Below, piece after piece: positions 56,888 to 64,000 of a stretch of 64,000 bases of DNA (its first letter is position 1; every line of letters starts with the position of its first letter). The stretch lies in NCBI GenBank assembly GCA_041661265.1, contig JBAZUT010000001.1, forward strand, positions 197,310-261,309. The letters are read 5' to 3'. The position numbers and the translations under genes were made by a program. The stretch comes from Minisyncoccota bacterium (GTDB lineage Bacteria > Patescibacteriota > Minisyncoccia > JAHIHE01 > JAGLIN01). Under the pieces are notes generated by a model. The model was not told the DNA's origin. It searched no databases and worked only from the letters and a program-made list of their open reading frames with translations.

Positions 56888-59878
56888 TCATTGCGGCTGA
56901 ACCGGACTTATTTCCATCTCTCTTGAATTGCTTTCATAGAGATTCCCATCTTGATCTTCCGCCGTCACGAAAAGCTTATACTTTCCCGGTATGACATATT
57001 CCCTATCCTCGTCCCAGAGAGCCTGATAAAGGTTATTCTCCCCGGGCACCGGCGACGTGGCTTTCTGGATCAAGCGCCTGCTGCCCGGTTTTTCAATAAG
57101 CTCTCCGTTCGTATCATATATGCTCTCGAGCTGGGAATAGAAACTGATATTCGTGAATTTTTCTCCCGCCGTAACGACGCTCATAACATATGGGAAAGAG
57201 TCGTTCGTGACCGGCATGAAATATATGGAAATGTCATTTCCCGTAACGACAGAGATCCTGTCTTCCGAGGAATTGAAGATCTTGTCATAGATCCTTGCGG
57301 TTATGGCATGAATATCTTTTTTCGTTTCCTGAGAGATATTATAAAATGCCTCAAAGGGAGGAAATTTGTCTATCCCGACAAGTTCATTGTCAAAATAGAA
57401 CTCGATCTGCTCGATGCCAAGGTTCGCAAAACCTTCTGCCTCGATCTTGATGTTATTCTGGTTGATAATAGCGTCATTCTGAGGATTGAGGATCTTTACG
57501 GACGGCAGATCGTCTTTACTCCTCGCGTTGCAGACTTCAGTCGGAGCGATGTTCGCGATCTTATCCGCCATATTTTCCTTCGCCCATGTCTGAACCGCAT
57601 CTTCCCACGCTCTGAACTGCGGGTCATCCTCGGGACTTTCAGGAGGATCCCCTCTCGGGTCATCTTTTTTCACATAATACAAAATATCATGGATCTCGAT
57701 AAAGGTCTTCTCTTCGATCTGGCTTTCCGGAGTAAGTTCGCTCGCCAGCCTGTCGGTGCAAGCTTTGTCTGTTTTCACAATGACCTCATTCTCCGCCTTT
57801 CCGTCCAGAATAGGCTTTCCGGCCTCGATCTCCTGCGGAACAGGAAACTTCTCGACCGGATCCAGAGCCAGCACCCGCGTCATGAAGTCATTCCAGATCG
57901 GAGCCGCGATCTTGCTGCCATCCGCTCCGCGCTTCATTTCATCACCATTACTGTTTCCCGTCCAAACTCCTGAAACAAGGCTGGGCGTATATCCAACCGT
58001 CCATGCATCCTTGAAACTGCTTGTGGTTCCTGATTTCGCCGCAACAGGCCTGTCTTTGATGTAAAGCTTGCTCGCCGGGCCGAAAGTTTCGGCTCTCGCA
58101 TTATTGTCGGAAAGGATGCTGTTTATATTTCTCGCGATCTCTTCATCCAGGACGCGCGTCTCGCTTTGCGAAGCCTCCTTGAGGATCTTTCCATCCGCGT
58201 CTTCGATCTTCAGAACGGAGATTGGCAAGCTCCTGACCCCGTCGTTCGCAAAAACTCCATAAGCGGAAACCATGTCTATCAGCTTCACCTCGCCCGTTCC
58301 GAGAACCAGGGACAGGCCGTATCTTCCGGGATTATTCAGCGTCGTTATCCCGAGATCGTGAGCGGTGTCTATGCTCTCTTTTATTCCGGAAAGATAAAGA
58401 GCCTTGACCGCCGGTATGTTGAGCGACCGCGCCAGCGCCTGCCTCATTGTCACAGGACCTGAATATTTCATATTGTAATTATTCGGAATATATTCTTTTC
58501 CGCTGCCGTCCTTTCCAAAATTCGTTTCAACGTCGAACAGGATCGTGTTGGGAGTGTATCCTTTTTTGAAAGCGGTCGCATAAACAAAAGGCTTGAATGA
58601 AGATCCTGGCTGAAGCGGGGCTATGGCCGCATTCACATTCCCGTCTTCTTTGATATTGAAATAGTCTTTGCTCCCGACCATAGAAAGGATCTCTCCGTCC
58701 TTGGGATCCATGGCGATAAGTGCGGCGTCTCGTGCGTTATATTTTGCAAGATTTTCTTCCGTCATTTTTTTTATCGCATCCTCGGCGATCATCTGCATAT
58801 CGTAATTCAGGGTCGTATAGACCTTCAGCCCGCCTTTTTCAACTTTTTCCTCCCCGAACTCATCGACAAGCTGCTGCTTCACATACATCACGAAATGAGG
58901 AGCCTCGATTTTCTCCACAAAAGCCCTTACTCTCTTGATGATCTCCACATCCTTGGCATTCTTGGCTTCCTCTTCGGTTATATATCCCTGTTCCTTCATC
59001 TGATCGATGATGAACTTATATTTCGCGATCAGTTGGTCCTGATGAGTGCCATAGGGGGAATAGTATGTCGTAGCTTTCGGAAGAGCCGCAAGAAGAGCGG
59101 ATTCCGGAATGTCCAGGTCCTTGGCGGACTTTCCGAAAAAGGTCTGCGCCGCAGCCTCGGCCCCATATGCATTCGAGCCATAGGGTATCTGATTCATATA
59201 CATTTCAAGGATCTGATCCTTGGAAAATTTTTGTTCCGTCTCGATCGCCAGAATTATTTCTTTTATTTTTCTTGTGACCGTCCTTTCTGACGTGAGAAGG
59301 GAATTTTTTATTAACTGCTGAGTGATGGTCGATCCGCCCTGCTCCGTTCTCATATTCCTCACGTCGGTATAAATCGCTCTTATTATCCCGACAAAATCAA
59401 TGCCGTGATGCTTATAGAAATTCTTGTCCTCGGTTGCGATAGTTGAATTTATAAGATTTTTCGAGATTTGGTCCAAGTTTACGATTGTCCTCTTTTCTTC
59501 TCCATGGATCTCATAAAGAAGGTGCTGCCCGGTCCGGTCATAGATCTTGGTCGACTCCCATACGCTTCTTTTTACGATCTTATCGGGACTCGGAATATCT
59601 TTGGAAAAATATATGAACGCTCCGGCCGTTGCGATCGCCCCCAGGATCAAAAAAAGCACACCCAGCTTCAGGAAGACATAAAAGATCTTTTTCAGCCCCC
59701 TAGTCTTCACCTTTCTGTACTTCATTGCCCCACGGAGCAACCCCGGCTTTATGCGCTTGGTTATCAATTTCTTTTTTTCCCTGATTTTCGGCAAACTAAA
59801 AACAAGCTTGCTCAATATTCCAGCTTTTTTTCTGCTTTTTTGGATTGTTTGCACCCTGTATTTTCTTCTTATAGGCAC
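56888..59878 (-). CDS. class A penicillin-binding protein (GT51 + transpeptidase) with long C-terminal extension
   Basis: GT51 motifs EDKNFYKHHGID, TITQQL, YMNQIPYG. Transpeptidase motifs SSFKPF (SxxK), SLN, KSGTT. Basic N-terminus plus TM. 996 aa. Confidence 0.8.
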   Translation of the reverse strand: MPIRRKYRVQTIQKSRKKAGILSKLVFSLPKIREKKKLITKRIKPGLLRGAMKYRKVKTRGLKKIFYVFLKLGVLFLILGAIATAGAFIYFSKDIPSPDKIVKRSVWESTKIYDRTGQHLLYEIHGEEKRTIVNLDQISKNLINSTIATEDKNFYKHHGIDFVGIIRAIYTDVRNMRTEQGGSTITQQLIKNSLLTSERTVTRKIKEIILAIETEQKFSKDQILEMYMNQIPYGSNAYGAEAAAQTFFGKSAKDLDIPESALLAALPKATTYYSPYGTHQDQLIAKYKFIIDQMKEQGYITEEEAKNAKDVEIIKRVRAFVEKIEAPHFVMYVKQQLVDEFGEEKVEKGGLKVYTTLNYDMQMIAEDAIKKMTEENLAKYNARDAALIAMDPKDGEILSMVGSKDYFNIKEDGNVNAAIAPLQPGSSFKPFVYATAFKKGYTPNTILFDVETNFGKDGSGKEYIPNNYNMKYSGPVTMRQALARSLNIPAVKALYLSGIKESIDTAHDLGITTLNNPGRYGLSLVLGTGEVKLIDMVSAYGVFANDGVRSLPISVLKIEDADGKILKEASQSETRVLDEEIARNINSILSDNNARAETFGPASKLYIKDRPVAAKSGTTSSFKDAWTVGYTPSLVSGVWTGNSNGDEMKRGADGSKIAAPIWNDFMTRVLALDPVEKFPVPQEIEAGKPILDGKAENEVIVKTDKACTDRLASELTPESQIEEKTFIEIHDILYYVKKDDPRGDPPESPEDDPQFRAWEDAVQTWAKENMADKIANIAPTEVCNARSKDDLPSVKILNPQNDAIINQNNIKIEAEGFANLGIEQIEFYFDNELVGIDKFPPFEAFYNISQETKKDIHAITARIYDKIFNSSEDRISVVTGNDISIYFMPVTNDSFPYVMSVVTAGEKFTNISFYSQLESIYDTNGELIEKPGSRRLIQKATSPVPGENNLYQALWDEDREYVIPGKYKLFVTAEDQDGNLYESNSREMEISPVQPQ

Positions 59879-60127
59879 AAGAATTTCTTAAAAATGAAAT
59901 TGGGAGTACGATAATGCCGATGATTTTCCAATCTCAGATTTTTATCTTTGTTCTATCCCTCCCCATGATTACATTTTTCAATTAGGTACATTTGTTATTA
60001 TACAGATTATTTCCCGTTTTGAAAAGAATTTTGCGCATCCTGTCAACGTTTCTCCGGCAAAAGTGTCTTAAACAAGGCAAATTCCTTGTCATAAACACCT
60101 TCCTATGTTAGATTAAAACTGTCATAA

Positions 60128-60152
60128 CAAATAAAATAGGGACTAGTCCCTA
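60128..60152 (-). terminator. intrinsic terminator: perfect palindrome ATAGGGACTAGTCCCTAT + T-run on the minus strand
   Basis: 18-bp perfect palindrome overlapping the stop of the 60150-60641 gene, followed by TTTATTTG on the minus strand. Confidence 0.5.
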
Positions 60153-60641
60153 TGTATAGATTCTTTCCCAATTTGCCAGTTTTTTCGCATCTTTCGGCTT
60201 GGTCGGGCATCTCCAGATGCTTCTTTTCCTTTTTCCTTCCTCTTTTTTGTTCCGTACCGGCACCGGTTTTATTTCACCCTTGCTTTCAAGATCAACCTCG
60301 AAATTGATTGAAACTGATACTATCGACCACGATTCGCGATAATTAGTTTTTGCGCTGATCGAGAATCTTCCCTTTTTGAACTTTTCTATCGCATCTATCA
60401 GCGTTTTAATTTTTTCTTCTTTTTCACGGTTATCGTGAATAGCCTTGAGATCCATTTCGTATTTCGCGTTATCGCTAAGCTGCAATACTAGACATCCATT
60501 TTTGATCTCGATCACGGCTTTGCCCGCGTTCACTTCACCGGCCAATGATTGGCAAAATTTTTGTTCAGATTCCGTTTCTTGAGGATATACATACAATGAC
60601 CTAATCATGTATATATCCCAGTACAGTACGCCAAATTCCAT
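60150..60641 (-). CDS. hypothetical protein (163 aa)
   Basis: RBS AAGGAGG then ATG (MEFGV). No motif recognised. Confidence 0.5.
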   Translation of the reverse strand: MEFGVLYWDIYMIRSLYVYPQETESEQKFCQSLAGEVNAGKAVIEIKNGCLVLQLSDNAKYEMDLKAIHDNREKEEKIKTLIDAIEKFKKGRFSISAKTNYRESWSIVSVSINFEVDLESKGEIKPVPVRNKKEEGKRKRSIWRCPTKPKDAKKLANWERIYT

Positions 60642-60685
60642 TCAATTAACCTCCTTTTGAGTCACCATAATCAATTTAATAACAT

Positions 60686-61915
60686 ATGTCAACAATCATG
60701 AGCAATATAAATACAGATCCTGAAAAGATCGAAAAGCTTCTTTCAAAAAACGCGGAAGAAGTAATCATCAAAGATGATTTGGAAAAAAGGCTTGTATCCG
60801 GCAAGAAACTCCGCGTCAAGCTCGGATGCGACCCCTCAAGGCCGGACCTGCACCTCGGACATTCGATCGTGCTCCGGAAGCTCAAAGAATTCCAGGATCT
60901 GGGGCATCAGGTCGTTTTTATAATCGGAGATTACACTGGAATGATCGGAGATCCTTCCGGAAAATCAAAAACAAGGCCTGCGCTCTCAAGAAGCGAGGTA
61001 TCGAAGAACGCAAAATCCTATTTCGAGCAGGTCGGGAAGATCCTCGACACAAAAAAAACGGAAATCCGGTTCAATAGCGAATGGTTCTCAAAAATGAGCT
61101 TTGAGGATGTCCTAAAACTGACAGCGAAATTCACAGTCGCAAGGATCCTGGAACGGGATGAATTTTCGAACAGGCTGAAAAGCGGCACCGATATTGCGGT
61201 TCATGAGATAATGTATCCGATCATGCAGGCATATGACTCCATCGCGATCGATGCGGACGTCGAGATCGGAGGCACCGACCAGAAGTTCAACATGCTCGCA
61301 GGACGGGACCTTCAGAGAAAAATGGAAAAACCGGAACAGAATGTCCTCACTTGTCCCCTGCTTGTCGGCCTGGACGGAAAAGAAAAAATGAGCAAAAGCC
61401 TGGATAACTATATCGGTATCACCGAAAAACCGGACTCAATGTTCGGGAAGATCATGTCCATTTCCGACGGAATGATCTATTACTATTTCAAACTTCTGAC
61501 GGATATTCCGGAAGATGATCTGAGGAAGATCGAAGCCGACCTCAAAGACCAGGCCAAAAATCCAAGAGACCTGAAAGTGAGGCTGGCAAAGGAAATCATC
61601 GCGATATATCACGGAAGAGATGAGGCTGAAAAAGCAGAAAGTGAATTCAACAAGATCTTCCGGGATAAGCAGAAGCCTACGGAAATGAAAGAACAAGAAT
61701 TTAAGATCGGAACATACAAAGCTGTAGATTTCTTGCTTGGAGTGGGATTCGCTGACAGTAAAGGTTCGGCTAAAATAATCATTCAACAGGGTGGGTTCAA
61801 AATAAATGACGTTATTCAAAAGGATTGGAATAAGGAATTTGAGGCCAAAGATGGAGACAGCATGGTGATTCAAGCTGGAAAAAGAAATTTTAGGAAAATT
61901 TTCTTTAAAAAATAA
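60686..61915 (+). CDS. tyrS: tyrosyl-tRNA synthetase
   Basis: Class I HIGH (HLGH) and KMSKS motifs. GDPSGKS. C-terminal S4-like domain (GGFKINDV). 409 aa. Confidence 0.85.
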   Translation: MSTIMSNINTDPEKIEKLLSKNAEEVIIKDDLEKRLVSGKKLRVKLGCDPSRPDLHLGHSIVLRKLKEFQDLGHQVVFIIGDYTGMIGDPSGKSKTRPALSRSEVSKNAKSYFEQVGKILDTKKTEIRFNSEWFSKMSFEDVLKLTAKFTVARILERDEFSNRLKSGTDIAVHEIMYPIMQAYDSIAIDADVEIGGTDQKFNMLAGRDLQRKMEKPEQNVLTCPLLVGLDGKEKMSKSLDNYIGITEKPDSMFGKIMSISDGMIYYYFKLLTDIPEDDLRKIEADLKDQAKNPRDLKVRLAKEIIAIYHGRDEAEKAESEFNKIFRDKQKPTEMKEQEFKIGTYKAVDFLLGVGFADSKGSAKIIIQQGGFKINDVIQKDWNKEFEAKDGDSMVIQAGKRNFRKIFFKK

Positions 61916-61917
61916 TT

Positions 61918-62412
61918 ATGCCAAAAATAATAATTAAGCCTCAAAGAGTTTCCGAAGCCAAAAGATTCTATCAAATCCTGAATAATCCGAATTTTATTTT
62001 TCTGAGGATCAGAATGAATGGCTTCAGGGACGAAATTGCCTTCATGAAGAAAAACGCCGAAAAGAGAAGAAATAATTTTGAACATAACTACACCATATTT
62101 TGTGATGGCAAGATCGTCGGCGCGATCGGAATGAAAATAAACCAGCACAGGCCGTTCACCGGAGAGATCGGATATTTCGTTGATGAAGAATATTGGGGTA
62201 AGGGAATAGCATCGCTTGCGGTGAAACAACTTGAAAAAATAGGATTCACTAAACTGAAACTGAAACGGATCGAAATTGTCATGGACATAAGACATCCAGC
62301 CAGCGAGAAAGTCGCGATAAAGTGCGGATATAAAAAAGAAGGCATCATGAAAAAAGCAATAGAAACAGATGGCAAATATTGCGATGCATATCTTTATGCA
62401 AAGACAAAATAG
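61918..62412 (+). CDS. GNAT family N-acetyltransferase
   Basis: GKGIASLAVKQLEKIGF acetyl-CoA motif. 164 aa. Confidence 0.65.
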   Translation: MPKIIIKPQRVSEAKRFYQILNNPNFIFLRIRMNGFRDEIAFMKKNAEKRRNNFEHNYTIFCDGKIVGAIGMKINQHRPFTGEIGYFVDEEYWGKGIASLAVKQLEKIGFTKLKLKRIEIVMDIRHPASEKVAIKCGYKKEGIMKKAIETDGKYCDAYLYAKTK

Positions 62413-62439
62413 CAAGTTATAATAACCGATCAAATACAT

Positions 62440-63246
62440 ATGGCGAACGGAATGAAAAAATATCTGACGCTCATCGAGGTCACTTGGCAGCGGGCCCTGA
62501 CCTATCGCTTCACTGTGTTCGCATACAGGATCGGGGAAATGCTTGAGGTGATCATACTTGTTTTTATGTGGTCAGCTATCTATGAAAGCCAGCCTGTGAT
62601 CAAAGGCTACACTCTCAGTGAAATGATCTCGTATGTCCTGATCGGAAACTTGATAGACGTGGCGATAAGGAACTGGATGCCGAATGTCATCGCCAGTGAC
62701 ATTAAGAACGGAACTCTTTCCGCGTTCCTCACAAAACCGATCAACTATATGTACTACATGTTCTTCAAAGAAGCCGGGAGAAATTCCTTTGCGTTCATTT
62801 TTTCATTCATAACACAGATAATGATAATCCTGTTCTTCCTGGACAAGGTGATCATAAATTTTAATTTGCAGATCACCGCCGTTCTGCTTGTGATGGTCCT
62901 GTTCGCATTCATAATCGAGTGGCAGATCTCATATCTTGTGGGGCTCATCGCTTTCTGGACCGATGAAGTGGACGGCATCTATGCAACAGTCACCCAGGTA
63001 AGAAAATTCTTTGCGGGAGGATATTTCCCGCTGAGCCTTCTTCCGCCTCTTTTCGTAAGCATGAGCTTTGCGCTTCCGTTCGCCTATTCCTTTTTCGTTC
63101 CCACCCAGCTATATCTCGGAAAAATAGGGATTGAAACGGGGATCAAAGGACTTTTTGTGCAAATAATCTGGATAATACTGCTGAACTTCATCATCAAACT
63201 TGCGTGGCAGAGAGGCTTGAAGCGATATGAAGGAGTCGGAATATAA
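62440..63246 (+). CDS. ABC transporter permease (ABC-2 type)
   Basis: 268 aa with about 6 TM helices. Immediately upstream of the ABC ATPase gene. Confidence 0.55.
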   Translation: MANGMKKYLTLIEVTWQRALTYRFTVFAYRIGEMLEVIILVFMWSAIYESQPVIKGYTLSEMISYVLIGNLIDVAIRNWMPNVIASDIKNGTLSAFLTKPINYMYYMFFKEAGRNSFAFIFSFITQIMIILFFLDKVIINFNLQITAVLLVMVLFAFIIEWQISYLVGLIAFWTDEVDGIYATVTQVRKFFAGGYFPLSLLPPLFVSMSFALPFAYSFFVPTQLYLGKIGIETGIKGLFVQIIWIILLNFIIKLAWQRGLKRYEGVGI

Positions 63247-63255
63247 TATAAACAT

Positions 63256-64000
63256 ATGCCTGCAATCGAAATAAAGGACCTGAGCAAAACCTATGAATAC
63301 TACAAGAAGCCTCCCGGATTGAGAGAGGCCGTCAAGAGTTTTTTTATAAGAAAAAGGCTGTTTTCAAAAGCCGTGAAGAATGTCAGTTTCAACATAAACG
63401 AAGGAGAGCTTGTCGGATTTTTGGGGCCGAATGGCGCGGGGAAAACGACCATTCTGAAAATGTTGTCAGGAATAATATGTCCGACCGGAGGAAGCGTCAG
63501 GGTGCTGGGATTCGACCCATGGAAAAGACAGAGTGAATATCAGAAACAATTCGCCTTGGTCATGGGCCAGAAAAATCAGCTCTGGACCGATCTTCCCGCA
63601 ATGGAAAGCTTCGTTCTGAACCGCGACATATACCAGATACCGAAAAAGGAATTCGACAAAAAACTCGATGAACTGGTCGAAATGCTCGGCGTGAAAGACT
63701 GCCTTGATGTGCAAGTGAGAAAACTCTCGCTGGGCCAGAGGATGAAATGCGAACTGATCGCCGCGCTCCTGCACAATCCCAAAGTCCTGCTTCTGGACGA
63801 GCCGACGATCGGACTCGACGTGGTCGCGCAAAAAAATATCAGGGACTTCATCAAAAGACAGAATGAAAGGGAAAGAACAACGATCATACTCACCTCTCAC
63901 TACATGGAAGATATAAGCCAGCTCTGCAAAAGGATAATAATCATCAACCTCGGAGAGATAATCTATGACGGCGAACTGGAAAGCCTCATCAGAAAATATG
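63256..64000 (+). CDS. ABC transporter ATP-binding protein (3' end truncated by the window edge)
   Basis: Walker A GPNGAGKTT. Q-loop. ABC signature LSLGQRMK. Walker B LLLDEPT. H-loop SH. The ORF runs off the window end. Confidence 0.8.
   Translation, partial: MPAIEIKDLSKTYEYYKKPPGLREAVKSFFIRKRLFSKAVKNVSFNINEGELVGFLGPNGAGKTTILKMLSGIICPTGGSVRVLGFDPWKRQSEYQKQFALVMGQKNQLWTDLPAMESFVLNRDIYQIPKKEFDKKLDELVEMLGVKDCLDVQVRKLSLGQRMKCELIAALLHNPKVLLLDEPTIGLDVVAQKNIRDFIKRQNERERTTIILTSHYMEDISQLCKRIIIINLGEIIYDGELESLIRKY

Noticed and set aside
56951-57973. 340-aa plus-strand ORF inside the PBP gene
   Set aside because: It is antisense to a gene with GT51 and SxxK/SxN/KTG motifs.

Overview
AT-rich bacterial window of 64 kb that is densely coding on both strands. 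By inference it comes from a reduced-genome lineage of the Candidate Phyla Radiation / Patescibacteria type: many small proteins, near-consensus sigma70 promoters, a type IV pilus ATPase, a giant alpha-2-macroglobulin and two class A PBPs.

Core functions:
- Replication and repair: polA, holA, ruvA, ruvB, mpg.
- Translation: rpsT, tyrS, tsaE, tRNA-Glu.
- Nucleotide metabolism and housecleaning: gmk, yjjX-like ITPase, RdgB/Ham1-like, two NUDIX hydrolases, a truncated inorganic pyrophosphatase, a CYTH protein, a dUTPase/dCTP-deaminase-like fusion and several HAD phosphatases.
- Envelope: two bifunctional PBPs, a CE4 polysaccharide deacetylase, a GH3 glycosidase, a membrane-anchored alpha-2-macroglobulin of 2149 aa, an S8 subtilase with cadherin-like repeats, and PilB.

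No CRISPR array, transposase, integrase or recognisable defence system is visible.

The most unusual items:
1. A radical SAM/SPASM-type enzyme with its own consensus promoter. Cryptic small hydrophobic ORFs and a terminator lie just upstream.
2. A duplicated tRNA-Glu 3' end bracketing a 145-bp GC-rich segment that is flanked by terminators.
3. A HAD phosphatase gene flanked by about 60-bp direct repeats.
4. Several GC-rich structured islands in AT-rich intergenic DNA that look like small RNAs.
5. Perfect palindromic operators placed right at textbook TTGACA-N17-TATAAT promoters.

All functional calls rest on motif-level reading of the translated ORFs, not on database searches.
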